In this document: in pieces, positions 7,927 to 16,906 of the stretch
Position numbering within the stretch: the stretch's first letter is position 1
Layout: every line of letters starts with the position of its first letter
Origin: Pseudodesulfovibrio piezophilus C1TLV30
GTDB lineage: Bacteria; Desulfobacterota; Desulfovibrionia; Desulfovibrionales; Desulfovibrionaceae
DNA length: 32,000 nucleotides
Direction of reading: 5' to 3'
Assembly: GCF_000341895.1 (NCBI RefSeq)
Contig: NC_020409.1
Coordinates: forward strand, 3,362,411-3,394,410
Program-made: the position numbers and the translations under genes
Notes under the pieces: generated by a model
The model's database searches: none
The model's input: the letters and a program-made list of their open reading frames with translations, nothing else
What the model was told of the DNA's origin: nothing

Positions 7927-9888
7927 TCAGGATTGACCCAATCCGATCCCCGGTTCCATGATCTGCCCGGTTAAGGGGACTTCATATCCGCCAAGTCTGG
8001 CTATCTTCTCTTGGACACTCTTTGAACGGATTAAGGTCATAAGGGTCTGAATCCGTTCATCTTCCATGAAAATACTCGGAATCAGCAAGTCGTATCGCTC
8101 ATGGGCTAAAGGCACAAAGTCGAGGTCAAGCGCCTTGGCGGCTGCATAGATGCCGAGACCACAGGAGGCGGCTCCGGTAAGGACGTTGACAGCCACGGCC
8201 ATATGCGTGAATTCTTCATTGTCATATCCCCGGACGTCACGAGGGGTGATGCCCGCTCCTTTGAGATGATGATCCAGGAGAATCCGGGTACCGGCACCAC
8301 GCTGACGATTGATGAAAATCACATCCTCCCTGGTCAGGTCTTCCATACCCTTGATGTCCAGGGGATTGCCTTTGGCGACAATCAATCCCTGGTGACGGAT
8401 GGCGAGATTGATGACTGTGACATCAATCCCTTTGAGGTAACGGTCAATGAAGGGAAAGTTGAAGTCGTTGCTGACTGGGTCGAAAAGGTGTGCCCCGGCA
8501 AAGAGCGCGGAGCCAGATTTGAGCGCAGTCAGGCCGCCCATGGAACCGGCATGACTGGAGACCAGACGCATCGGGTCAGCCATGCCCATCAACTCATTGG
8601 CGAGAAGATCAAGCGTGTTGTCATGGCTCCCCACATGGACCAGAACCCGGTCCAATTCCGCTTTGGGAACGAGAAGTTCGGCATTGATCGTTTCGCCTGC
8701 TTCCACTCCCTCAACGTCTTCCGGGATGTAGGCAACGGCCTGGGCCTTGGTCATGGTGGTGATCATCCCCGCCCCGCGCGCCAGTGGCGCACCAACAATG
8801 GACTCGCCGATACGGCCCGCAGCAAGTCGAAGAGCCTCTCGCATCCCTGCCTTTGAAGGGGTTTTTCGAGCCAGTGTGATGGGGGTGGTCATTCGTTCGA
8901 CAGGGGAGCCTCCCTGAAGCCACGCAACCAACGGTGCAAGAATTTTTTCATGACACACGATGGCTGAAACAGGATAGCCTGGCGCTCCTATGAGTAAACG
9001 TCCTGGATGGCCGCTGCGTTCGTCGGTGATGCCAATCAGAGTTGGCTTTCCCGGCATGACAGCGATACCGTGAACAAGGACTGAACCTATGGATTCAAAG
9101 ACCCGTCTGGAGTAATCTTTACTCCCGGCACTGGAGCCGGCACCCACGACCACTATATGATCTCCGGCTTCCAGGCAGTCGAGAACCCTGCCGCGAAGTG
9201 TTTCCTCATCATCGGGAACCGGGGAACTCCACTGGGCCTGTATGTCCCAGGATTCGGCATAGGCCTTGAAAACCTGTGAATTGGACTCGATAACCTGACC
9301 TGCCTGTGGAGCTGGTTTATCGAGGAAATTCAAGACCTCATCGCCTGTCGGAAGAAATGTCGCTTTAATTTTTTCAGCAACTTCAATTTCGTAGATACCT
9401 GCGGACAGGAGCGCACCAAGGTCGCTTGGTGTCAGTTTCCTGTTTTGTGGCATGAGGAGTTCGGTGGCGACGATGTCTTCTCCTATGCGGCGAATGTGCT
9501 GCCAGGGAAAGGCCGGGCTGTCTATGAGGACTGTGACTTCGTCTTTCTGGGTCACATTTTCGATCATGATGACCGCGTTCATGCCCTCGGGCAGGGGATT
9601 GCCTGTGTTGACGAACACGAATCCATCGTCGTGGTTGAGTTCGGTTGGGCTGTCTTCGCGAGCCATGAAAGTGGATTCGGCCCTGACGGCAATGCCATCC
9701 ATGGCGGCTGAGTGGAAAGTCGGAGAGGAGTAACGGGCGATAACAGGGGCAGCGGTCACCCGATTGAACGCTTCATGTGTGGGAATGACCTCAGTCGTCA
9801 GCAGGGTGCCTCGGTTCAAGGCTTCCTTGGCTCGTTGTACGGCTTCTTCCGGTGGAATTGTTTTAAGATAAATATTTCGGTCAGACAT
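7927..9888 (-). CDS. moeA: Molybdopterin molybdenum/tungsten transferase MoeA fused to a C-terminal PBP-like (oxyanion-binding-like) domain
   Basis: 653 aa. The N-terminal ~400 aa show MoeA features (SPTFHSAAMDGIAVRA, PGKPTLIG). The C-terminal ~240 aa (HVGSHDNTLDLL...GAGTRILLD...) look like a type 2 periplasmic-binding-protein fold. Confidence 0.75.
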   Translation of the reverse strand: MSDRNIYLKTIPPEEAVQRAKEALNRGTLLTTEVIPTHEAFNRVTAAPVIARYSSPTFHSAAMDGIAVRAESTFMAREDSPTELNHDDGFVFVNTGNPLPEGMNAVIMIENVTQKDEVTVLIDSPAFPWQHIRRIGEDIVATELLMPQNRKLTPSDLGALLSAGIYEIEVAEKIKATFLPTGDEVLNFLDKPAPQAGQVIESNSQVFKAYAESWDIQAQWSSPVPDDEETLRGRVLDCLEAGDHIVVVGAGSSAGSKDYSRRVFESIGSVLVHGIAVMPGKPTLIGITDERSGHPGRLLIGAPGYPVSAIVCHEKILAPLVAWLQGGSPVERMTTPITLARKTPSKAGMREALRLAAGRIGESIVGAPLARGAGMITTMTKAQAVAYIPEDVEGVEAGETINAELLVPKAELDRVLVHVGSHDNTLDLLANELMGMADPMRLVSSHAGSMGGLTALKSGSALFAGAHLFDPVSNDFNFPFIDRYLKGIDVTVINLAIRHQGLIVAKGNPLDIKGMEDLTREDVIFINRQRGAGTRILLDHHLKGAGITPRDVRGYDNEEFTHMAVAVNVLTGAASCGLGIYAAAKALDLDFVPLAHERYDLLIPSIFMEDERIQTLMTLIRSKSVQEKIARLGGYEVPLTGQIMEPGIGLGQS

Positions 9889-9982
9889 GCGTTACACCCC
9901 AATCGTGCCGTGATTAATTCGTATGGTCTTGTTCGTATGAAGAGTCATTTCAGTAAGTTGTGTCGTCCTGAGTGGGTGGGGA

Positions 9983-10014
9983 TGAGTAAAAAGTCCCCTC
10001 GCGAAAGGGGACTT
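9983..10014 (-). terminator. Rho-independent terminator after the aminopeptidase gene
   Basis: A 9-bp stem (9991-9999 aagtcccct with 10006-10014 aggggactt) has a 6-nt loop. On the minus strand it is followed by TTTTTAC. It lies 12 nt past the stop at 10026. Confidence 0.7.
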
Positions 10015-10025
10015 TCCTCGTGATG

Positions 10026-11228
10026 CTATTCGTATTGAAACTCTCCATCTTTGTAGATGATGAGTTCTTTCCCACCCTTCAGCGTGGCAGTGACGGTTTT
10101 GGGTTCGGTGTTGACCAGGTCCCAATGCAGTGCAGAGTCATTAAAACCGAGTTCTTTTTTCTTCGTTTCATCCAGCGTGGATTGATCACCGGCGTATGTG
10201 TCCGCATACGATGCACCAACCGCAACGTGGCAGTTGCCATGTTCGCCGCCGTAGTTTTCATCAAAGAGAGTGTTGGCCATGAATGCGCTGATCTTGGAGA
10301 AGCGGCGATCGGTCAGGGAGAATTCTCCCAGGCGATTGGCGCCTGTATCCAGAGTCAGTTGTTTGGCGACAAACTCATCGCCTGCCTTGGCTTCTGTCTT
10401 GACGGCAATACCGTTTTCAAAGGTCAACCTGACGCCTTCGACATAGTTTCCGGAACGAAATGATGGTTGATCCGCGTAATAGATTCCTTCGGTGCCGCGC
10501 CAGTCCGGGGAAAGGAATATTTCGAAGGACGGGATATTGTGACCTGAAACACCCAACCATCGGCGTTGCTCACCAGGCACGACGATCAGGTCTGTCTGCT
10601 TGCTCTTGATGTTGAGATGCTCAATGTCGAGTGCGTTGAGCCACGCTTTGACTTTCTCAGCCTCGGCAAATATCTGCTCCCACCGGGCGGGTGGGTTTTC
10701 GTCATCAAGAAAACACGCCTTGACCACTTGCCGCTTGAATTCTTCCATGGACAATCCGGCAGATTCGGCCAGTGCCTTGGTGGGGTAAATGCACAAGGTC
10801 CATCCGAAATCGCCGGTCTGTTCACGCTTTTCCATGATGTCGCGCATAAATTTTCTGGCTACGGCCGCAGTGCCTATGCGTTTGGGATCAACACTCTGGA
10901 GATGAGTCAGCGATGCGGGCGAGATAAGGGAGATGAGTCCATTCAGGCCACCCATGAATTCCTTGTCTCCGGCGGGGATGCTCGTCAATTGGGCATCGTT
11001 GCTTTTGCCGTAAAAAGAAAGCTCCATCTGAGAGGTCATGTTTTGTCTTGGAACAGGATTCATTCCTTTTTCGATGAGCAGATCTAACATGACCTCGGCC
11101 AGGGGCAGGGCATCCGTATCGAAACGAAGCAGGATGAAATCACCTGGCTGATAAGGGTTGGTTCGGGCGGTGGACAGTCCCCACCACAGGGTCTCGGCAT
11201 ATTTTTTCAATTCTTCTTTTGTGAACAT
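10026..11228 (-). CDS. Aminopeptidase, peptidase M29 (AmpS/PepS) family
   Basis: A ~400-aa protein with overall M29-like organisation (MFTKEELKKYAETLWW..., ...EHGNCHVAVGASYAD...). I chose the start at ATG 11228 (AAGGA 5 nt upstream). The ORF track extends to 11291 without an SD. Confidence 0.6.
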   Translation of the reverse strand: MFTKEELKKYAETLWWGLSTARTNPYQPGDFILLRFDTDALPLAEVMLDLLIEKGMNPVPRQNMTSQMELSFYGKSNDAQLTSIPAGDKEFMGGLNGLISLISPASLTHLQSVDPKRIGTAAVARKFMRDIMEKREQTGDFGWTLCIYPTKALAESAGLSMEEFKRQVVKACFLDDENPPARWEQIFAEAEKVKAWLNALDIEHLNIKSKQTDLIVVPGEQRRWLGVSGHNIPSFEIFLSPDWRGTEGIYYADQPSFRSGNYVEGVRLTFENGIAVKTEAKAGDEFVAKQLTLDTGANRLGEFSLTDRRFSKISAFMANTLFDENYGGEHGNCHVAVGASYADTYAGDQSTLDETKKKELGFNDSALHWDLVNTEPKTVTATLKGGKELIIYKDGEFQYE

Positions 11229-11521
11229 GTCTATCCTTGTCTTCATAAAAGTTCGCGGGGTCAGGCCTCGCAGGTTAAACCAGTCGGGCAATGATCACAA
11301 CTCCCATGTATTTGCTTTCGGTTCATGGCATCGATGAGAATGCATTTCTCGGCTTGACACAGGGCTGGGGAGTATATATCAGCAAATTCGTGCCCGGTCT
11401 TCCTGGCCGGAATCGTATAATAATTTGTTGTATTGTGCACCAATGGAAATCATCGGAAACGATACAGTAAAACAAGCCTGTAAATTGCAGGCATCCCAAA
11501 TCATTTTCTGGAGGGAAAAAA

Positions 11522-11710
11522 ATGGGCTACGCTATCACTATCGACAACGACAAATGTACCGGCGACGGCGAATGTGTTGATGTCTGTCCTGTTGAAGTTT
11601 ACGAACTTCAGGACGGCAAAGCCGTTGCAGTGAACGAAGACGAATGTCTCGGTTGTGAGTCTTGCGTCGAGGTTTGCGAATCTGACGCTATCACCATCGA
11701 AGAGAACTAG
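11522..11710 (+). CDS. 7-Cys ferredoxin (Desulfovibrio ferredoxin III-like; one Cys motif carries Asp)
   Basis: 62 aa. The first motif is C-T-G-D-G-E-C-x3-C-P, with Asp in place of the second Cys. The second motif is C-L-G-C-E-S-C-x3-C-E. GGAGGG lies 6 nt upstream of the ATG. Confidence 0.85.
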   Translation: MGYAITIDNDKCTGDGECVDVCPVEVYELQDGKAVAVNEDECLGCESCVEVCESDAITIEEN

Positions 11711-11731
11711 TCTTACTTCTCGATATGGTTC

Positions 11732-11770
11732 AGGAGCAGCGGGTCCGCTCGTTGCTCCTTTCCATTTTTT
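11732..11770 (+). terminator. Rho-independent terminator after the ferredoxin gene
   Basis: A ~12-bp stem (AGGAGCAGCGGG with CGCTCGTTGCTCCT, including two G-U pairs) has loop TCCG and is followed by TTTCCATTTTTT. Confidence 0.65.
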
Positions 11771-12040
11771 CCGGCTGGCCCGAGCGGCTCGAATGTGACC
11801 TCCCCCGATTTTGGACGCGGTCCTGGAATGCTCCGGGGATGCGACCAGGTGCGAGAACGTCCCCTTTGAGCCTCTTGAGACAGCCTGAATTTCATTGAGA
11901 CTCTCGCAGACCTCCTCTCCAAGGCCGAATTCTCCTTTTTCGCAGTCACCCTGTTGACGGCCCCGATTTGCGACTTATCTAACCAAGCACAACACCACCG
12001 CGGCCGAGCCGCAACGCTTAAGCAGGACCAGGAGCAGAGA

Positions 12041-12850
12041 ATGGCGCTTGACTTTACTGAATATTTTGAAAGGTACGAAGCCGTGGTCGCAGATGTGGAC
12101 GCAGTCTTCAAGAAGTTTGAAACCGAGATGGGTGAATTGGTGAAATGTGGTAAGGGGTGCAGCGATTGTTGCTACGCCCTGTTTGATATCACCTTGCCTG
12201 AAGCCATTTTTATTAATAAAAAATTCAATGAAAATTTCTCGGGTCTCGAACGAAGCGTCATCATGGAACGTGCCGACCAGGCCGATAGACAGATTCACAA
12301 ACTGAAACGTCGCGTCTACAGGGCGAGCCAGGAAGGGCGTTCAGCTTCGGAAATTCTGATGGAGGTTTCCAAGGCTCGTGTTCGCTGCCCCATGTTAGGC
12401 GATGACAATCTGTGCGCCATCTATGATTTTCGGCCCATCACATGCCGTCTCTATGGGGTGCCGACATCCATAGGCGGCGAAGCTCATACCTGCAATCAGG
12501 CCGGATTCAAGGGTGGTGAGAAGTATCCCACTGTGAATATGGATATCGTCATTGACAAGCTTATTGCTATTGGGCGTGATTTGCAAAAGGGTGTCAACAG
12601 CCGCTATAAGGAGCTGGGCGAGATGCTGCTGCCACTGTCCATGGCACTGGTGACCGAGTATGACGAAGCGTATCTTGGCGTACAGAAGGAGGCTGCGACC
12701 GAGGGGGCGCCCCCCGAGAAAGCGACCAAGCCAGCCGTGGGAATCAAAGCGCCTGATGCCGCTGAAAGTGATGCCTGTGCATCCTGTTCTGAAAGCAAAT
12801 CAGCCTGCGAGACCTGCGAGACCAAGACCGTCGTGCTCGGCGGCAAGTAA
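12041..12850 (+). CDS. YkgJ-family (CxxCxxCC, UPF0153) Zn/Fe-chelating cysteine-cluster protein
   Basis: KCGKGCSDCCYALFDI and RCPML..NLCAIYDFRPITCRLYG are the family signature. ATG 12041 is preceded by AGGAG with a 6-nt spacer. The C-terminal tail is low-complexity and ends in C-A-S-C-x6-C-E-T-C. Confidence 0.7.
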   Translation: MALDFTEYFERYEAVVADVDAVFKKFETEMGELVKCGKGCSDCCYALFDITLPEAIFINKKFNENFSGLERSVIMERADQADRQIHKLKRRVYRASQEGRSASEILMEVSKARVRCPMLGDDNLCAIYDFRPITCRLYGVPTSIGGEAHTCNQAGFKGGEKYPTVNMDIVIDKLIAIGRDLQKGVNSRYKELGEMLLPLSMALVTEYDEAYLGVQKEAATEGAPPEKATKPAVGIKAPDAAESDACASCSESKSACETCETKTVVLGGK

Positions 12851-12853
12851 GTC

Positions 12854-13219
12854 ATGGCCAACATCGAAAATTTCGAAGATCTCCCACGGGAAGAAATAGA
12901 AGCGCGCAAGCGGTACATGTATGAAAAAATGTCCAAACGGCGGCGCAAGTTCGTTGACCGTATGGGATATGAGAACTGGGACCCTTTTCAGGCTCCGTTT
13001 GACCCCATCGATATCCGACAGGACAAGTCCGGGTACACCTCGGATCAGCTATCGCATCTCTTTGTGAGGGAAAGCGGGAAGCACAAGAATCAGGAATATA
13101 TCGATGCCGTCAACGAGTTCAATGTCATGCTCGTGATGAACTTCGAAAAAGTCCGCCCCATCTATGACTATTGTCTGTGGTACGCGGAGCATATGAGAAA
13201 ACACGGCCTTACGCCATAA
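12854..13219 (+). CDS. Hypothetical protein (121 aa), apparently translationally coupled to the ykgJ-like gene
   Basis: The ORF starts 3 nt after the upstream stop. It has no motif I recognise and a basic N-terminal segment (KRYMYEKMSKRRRKF). Confidence 0.5.
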   Translation: MANIENFEDLPREEIEARKRYMYEKMSKRRRKFVDRMGYENWDPFQAPFDPIDIRQDKSGYTSDQLSHLFVRESGKHKNQEYIDAVNEFNVMLVMNFEKVRPIYDYCLWYAEHMRKHGLTP

Positions 13220-13238
13220 CACCAAGGAATAGGACGCC

Positions 13239-13856
13239 ATGGAACATTTCGATAACATTGACGACTATATCTCCGATCTCAAGGGCAAGTTGCAAAACAA
13301 CCCCAGCTGCGGCAATACCCACTATAATCTGGGCGTAGCCTACCTGTCTCGCCGCGACTTTGTCGAAGCAGAACGCGAATTTCTGGATGCTGTGGCGAAT
13401 TCTCCGAAAATGGCTGAAGGATACGTGCAGCTCGGTGGCATCGCTCTGCAACGAGGTGATCTTGAAGGGTGCTTGAACTACAACATCCGCGCCACTCAGG
13501 AGCGTCCTTTCTTTGCCGTTCCCTGGGGAAATATCGGGTTTGTCCAATTGCAGTTAGGCGATCTGGACAAGGCTCATCTGGCACTGAAAAAGGCTTTGAA
13601 GCTCGATCACGATTTCATTCAGGCCCAGGCAACCATGTCTTCTCTCTTCATCAGTATGGGGGATTACGAGGAAGCAGATAAATTGCTCAAGAAGATTCTC
13701 GATAAGATTCCCAATTTTGGCCCGGCCTGGAATAATAAAGCTATTGTCGATGCCCACTTCGAGCAATGGGAAGATGCCAAGAAGTGTCTTGCAAAAGCAG
13801 AAGAGTACGGATTTGACGTGGAGCCGGAATTGAAAAAAGAAATAGAGTCAAAATAG
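13239..13856 (+). CDS. TPR-repeat protein
   Basis: 205 aa with repeated TPR-like units (HYNLGVAYLSRRDFVEAEREFLDAV, WGNIGFVQLQLGDLDKAHLALKKALKLD, ...). It starts 19 nt after the upstream stop and has an AAGGA SD. Confidence 0.7.
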   Translation: MEHFDNIDDYISDLKGKLQNNPSCGNTHYNLGVAYLSRRDFVEAEREFLDAVANSPKMAEGYVQLGGIALQRGDLEGCLNYNIRATQERPFFAVPWGNIGFVQLQLGDLDKAHLALKKALKLDHDFIQAQATMSSLFISMGDYEEADKLLKKILDKIPNFGPAWNNKAIVDAHFEQWEDAKKCLAKAEEYGFDVEPELKKEIESK

Positions 13857-13897
13857 GAACTATTCCTGTTGCTTTCGCCGTGAAGGTGATTATATTT

Positions 13898-13927
13898 AAG
13901 GGGACTCCGTTGGGGTCCCCTTTTTTG
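13898..13927 (+). terminator. Rho-independent terminator
   Basis: An 8-bp stem (AAGGGGAC with GTCCCCTT) is followed by TTTTTT. Confidence 0.75.
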
Positions 13928-13965
13928 TGGCTGGAGTGATTTGATATCTGACCCAGGGAGTTCTC

Positions 13966-14685
13966 ATGTCTCGATTTCGCCGTGTTAAAAAAGATGTTCG
14001 TGCCCTGTTGGTCGATACAGAGTGGAAGGAGAGGTTGGGAGAATTGGAAGAGTTTCCTCCGGGAGTTTTAGTCCCCCCACTTTTTTCCCTGCGTTTGGAC
14101 AGGAACGAGCTGGTGAGGTGGCGAGCGGTCACGGCATTTGGCTTGACGGCTGGAAGAATGGCTGAAGCATCCATGGAAAAGGCTCGTGTCCTCATGCGGA
14201 CCTGTATGTGGTATATGAATGAGGAGTCCGGCAATCTAGGATGGGGAATTCCTCATTTCATGGCCGAAGCTATGGTCATAAACGAAAGAATAGCCAAAGA
14301 ATTTCATAAGATTTTTGTTTCCTATATCTTTTGTGATGAGGAATGTGATGGCAACTTTCTTGACCATCCCGAGCTGCGTCGTGATGTCTTTTGGGGCTTG
14401 GCACGTCTTGCGGGAGTGCGACCTGGACTTGTTTCGCACGGGGAGCGTTTCGTGATGATGGCTCTGGATGAAGTCGATCCGTACAACCGAGCCTATGCTG
14501 CTTGGACCCTTGGAGTGCTTGGGGTAAAGGCGGCGAAGGCGAAGCTTGTAGCGCTGAAAAATGATCCCGAGGAGATTCGTACTTTCCAGAATAGCGAGTT
14601 GAGGGATGTTTCAGTAGGGCAGATGGTCTCCGAAGCTCTCGATGCACTGAACACGTCCGGCTGTCAGAAACCCTTGGCAGAGTAG
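13966..14685 (+). CDS. Hypothetical protein with HEAT/armadillo-like repeats
   Basis: 239 aa. It has helical repeat character with HEAT-like segments (VRWRAVTAFG, NRAYAAWTLGVLG). GGGAG SD lies 5 nt upstream. The function call is weak. Confidence 0.45.
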   Translation: MSRFRRVKKDVRALLVDTEWKERLGELEEFPPGVLVPPLFSLRLDRNELVRWRAVTAFGLTAGRMAEASMEKARVLMRTCMWYMNEESGNLGWGIPHFMAEAMVINERIAKEFHKIFVSYIFCDEECDGNFLDHPELRRDVFWGLARLAGVRPGLVSHGERFVMMALDEVDPYNRAYAAWTLGVLGVKAAKAKLVALKNDPEEIRTFQNSELRDVSVGQMVSEALDALNTSGCQKPLAE

Positions 14686-14767
14686 TGTGTCCGAGGTGTG
14701 TGGGCTGTGCTCTTTTTGTGAGACAGAATGAGGAATGCAGGAAAATGATTTTTTTTAATAAAGTTGC

Positions 14768-14794
14768 TTGACAAGATGACGCCTCAAATATACT
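14768..14794 (+). promoter_or_regulatory. Strong sigma70 promoter for tRNA-Val (and probably thrS)
   Basis: Consensus TTGACA (14768-14773) with TATACT, ATACTT or TACTTT 15-17 nt downstream. An A/T-rich UP-like tract (GATTTTTTTTAATAAAG) lies immediately upstream. A GC-rich discriminator precedes the tRNA. Confidence 0.6.
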
Positions 14795-14815
14795 TTGCAC
14801 TCCGCTTCAACGAGA

Positions 14816-14890
14816 AGGCGCGTAGCTCAGGGGGAGAGCATTTGCTTGACGTGCAAAGGGTCGTGGGTTCAAATCCCTCCGCGCCTACCA
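14816..14890 (+). tRNA. tRNA-Val (anticodon GAC)
   Basis: AGGCGCG TA GCTC AGGGGGA GAGC A TTTGC TTGACGT GCAAA GGGTC GTGGG TTCAAAT CCCTC CGCGCCT A CCA. The acceptor and anticodon stems are perfect, the T stem has one T-T mismatch, and CCA is encoded. Confidence 0.88.
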
Positions 14891-14900
14891 GAAATCCCCG

Positions 14901-14935
14901 AAAGGGAGGCCTTGTGCCTCCCTTTCATTATTTTA
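14901..14935 (+). terminator. Intrinsic terminator/attenuator between tRNA-Val and thrS
   Basis: A 10-bp perfect stem (AAAGGGAGGC with GCCTCCCTTT) has loop CTTGT and is followed by CATTATTTTA. It ends only 33 nt before the thrS start. Confidence 0.7.
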
Positions 14936-14968
14936 TGCTTCCGACACATTCGGGAAAGGAGCTTGAGA

Positions 14969-16906
14969 GTGCAGATTGAAGTCTCCGGCAATCAGGTTGA
15001 CCTGGCTGAAGGTGCTGTGTGCGCCGAGGCCCTGCAAGAGGGCCTGTCAAAAAAACAGTTCAAGAAAGTTGTGGCTGCCAAGTGCGGTGAGACTCTTCTG
15101 GATCTGACTGCCGCTGTTCCGACTCCCTGCACCACTCTTGAGCCCGTCTTTGCGGAAAGCGAAGAAGGGCTGGATATCATCCGTCACTCCACGGCTCACC
15201 TCATGGCCGAAGCTGTCAAGAAACTGTTTCCCACAGCCAAGGTGACCATCGGTCCTTCCATCAAGGACGGTTTTTACTACGATTTTGATTACGAACGTCC
15301 TTTTACGCCTGAAGATCTTGAGGCTATCGAAAAGGAAATGCTGAGTTCCGTTGGAGCCAACAAGGAGTTCTCCTGTCAACGCATGAGCGCCGATGAGGCC
15401 CGTGCATTCTTTGCCGATATGGGCGAAGATTACAAAGGCGAGCTTATAGATGATCTAGGGGCGGATGAATACACTGTCTATACACATGGAGACTTTGCCG
15501 ACTTGTGTCGGGGGCCTCATGTCGCACGGACAGGGATGCTCAAGGCTTTCAAATTGCTTTCAGTCGCCGGTGCTTATTGGCGCGGTGATGAAAATAAGAA
15601 ACAGCTTCAGCGTATTTACGGTACCGCATGGCAAGATCCCAAGGCACTGAAAAAACATCTTCATCGCCTTGAAGAGGCTAAGAAACGGGACCATCGTAAG
15701 CTCGGAACACAGCTTGACCTGTTCTCCACCCACGAGGACGTGGGCGGCGGTATGATTCTCTGGCACCCGAAGGGTGCTTTGGTGCGTGCCATTCTTGAGG
15801 ATTGGGAGCGCAAGGAGCACCTCAAACGTGGGTATCAGCTCGTTCAGGGACCGCTGATTCTCAAGCGTGAGCTTTGGGAAAAGTCCGGGCATTACGATAA
15901 TTATCGTGAAAATATGTATTTCACGGAAATTGACGAGCAGGCATATGGCATCAAGCCCATGAACTGCTTGTCTCATATGTTGATTTTCAAGCGTAAGATC
16001 CAAAGTTACCGTGATCTTCCGCAGCGCTATTTTGAGCATGGGATTGTGCACCGTCATGAAAAGTCCGGCGTTCTGCATGGCCTTATGCGTGTGCGTTCCT
16101 TTACTCAGGATGATGCGCACCTGATTTGTCGGAAAGACCAGTTGCAGGATGAGATCGTTGGCGTTTTTAATTTCGTCAAAGATATAATGGATATGTTCGG
16201 TTTTCAGTTTGAAGCTGAAATTTCCACTCGCCCTGAAAAATCAGTAGGAACTGATGAAGATTGGGAATTGGCGACACGAGCACTGACCGAAGCGCTTGAG
16301 TCTACGGGAAAAGAATATTCAATCAATGAAGGCGACGGTGCTTTTTACGGTCCCAAGATTGACATTATTCTCAAGGATTCTCTTGATCGGCGTTGGCAAT
16401 GCGCTACCATCCAATGCGATTTTACCTTGCCAGAGCGCTTCAATTTGGTATATGTGGGCGAGGACGGTGAGAGACATCGCCCGGTCATGCTGCATCGGGT
16501 TATCCTTGGGTCCATCGAAAGATTCATTGGTGTCCTTATCGAACACTTCGCCGGGGCATTGCCTGTTTGGCTGGCTCCGGTTCAAGCGCGTCTGATGAAT
16601 GTAACTGATGCGCAATATGATTTTGTTGAAAAAGCCAAGGAATTTCTCTTGAGTAAGGGGATTCGAGTTGAGTCGGATACTCGCAATGAAAAGCTTGGCT
16701 ATAAGGTGCGGGAAGCTCAAGTTGAGAAGATTCCGTACATGTTGGTAATCGGTGATAAAGAGGTTGAAGCCGGGTGTGTCAATATCCGTTCACGAGATGG
16801 AGAAGACCCTGGTTTGGTGACACTGGAGGAAGCTGCGCAGCTCATATTGGATGCTGCACAGGAACCTTTCAAACGCGGAGGCATGAGCTATAGCTTTTCG
16901 GGGTAA
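14969..16906 (+). CDS. thrS: Threonine--tRNA ligase
   Basis: A GTG start at 14969 has AAGGAG 7 nt upstream. The protein begins (M)QIEVSG... (TGS domain) and has class II motifs ([24 protein letters not shown]). The ORF-track extension back to 14795 crosses tRNA-Val and its terminator and is an artefact. Confidence 0.93.
   Translation: MQIEVSGNQVDLAEGAVCAEALQEGLSKKQFKKVVAAKCGETLLDLTAAVPTPCTTLEPVFAESEEGLDIIRHSTAHLMAEAVKKLFPTAKVTIGPSIKDGFYYDFDYERPFTPEDLEAIEKEMLSSVGANKEFSCQRMSADEARAFFADMGEDYKGELIDDLGADEYTVYTHGDFADLCRGPHVARTGMLKAFKLLSVAGAYWRGDENKKQLQRIYGTAWQDPKALKKHLHRLEEAKKRDHRKLGTQLDLFSTHEDVGGGMILWHPKGALVRAILEDWERKEHLKRGYQLVQGPLILKRELWEKSGHYDNYRENMYFTEIDEQAYGIKPMNCLSHMLIFKRKIQSYRDLPQRYFEHGIVHRHEKSGVLHGLMRVRSFTQDDAHLICRKDQLQDEIVGVFNFVKDIMDMFGFQFEAEISTRPEKSVGTDEDWELATRALTEALESTGKEYSINEGDGAFYGPKIDIILKDSLDRRWQCATIQCDFTLPERFNLVYVGEDGERHRPVMLHRVILGSIERFIGVLIEHFAGALPVWLAPVQARLMNVTDAQYDFVEKAKEFLLSKGIRVESDTRNEKLGYKVREAQVEKIPYMLVIGDKEVEAGCVNIRSRDGEDPGLVTLEEAAQLILDAAQEPFKRGGMSYSFSG

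Noticed and set aside
11713-12111. A 132-aa minus-strand ORF in the ferredoxin/ykgJ intergenic region.
   Set aside because: It overlaps the ferredoxin terminator and the ykgJ-like start. The translation is Ser/Arg/Ala-rich and low-complexity, with no SD.
14399-14411. TGGCAC-GTC-TTGC, a sigma54-like string inside the HEAT-like CDS.
   Set aside because: The spacer is 3 nt instead of 5, so the GG/GC spacing is wrong. It is also intragenic with no downstream start.
14795-14968. N-terminal extension of the thrS ORF in the ORF track ([15 protein letters not shown]...).
   Set aside because: It reads straight through tRNA-Val and its terminator. A GTG with a good SD at 14969 gives the canonical ThrRS N-terminus.
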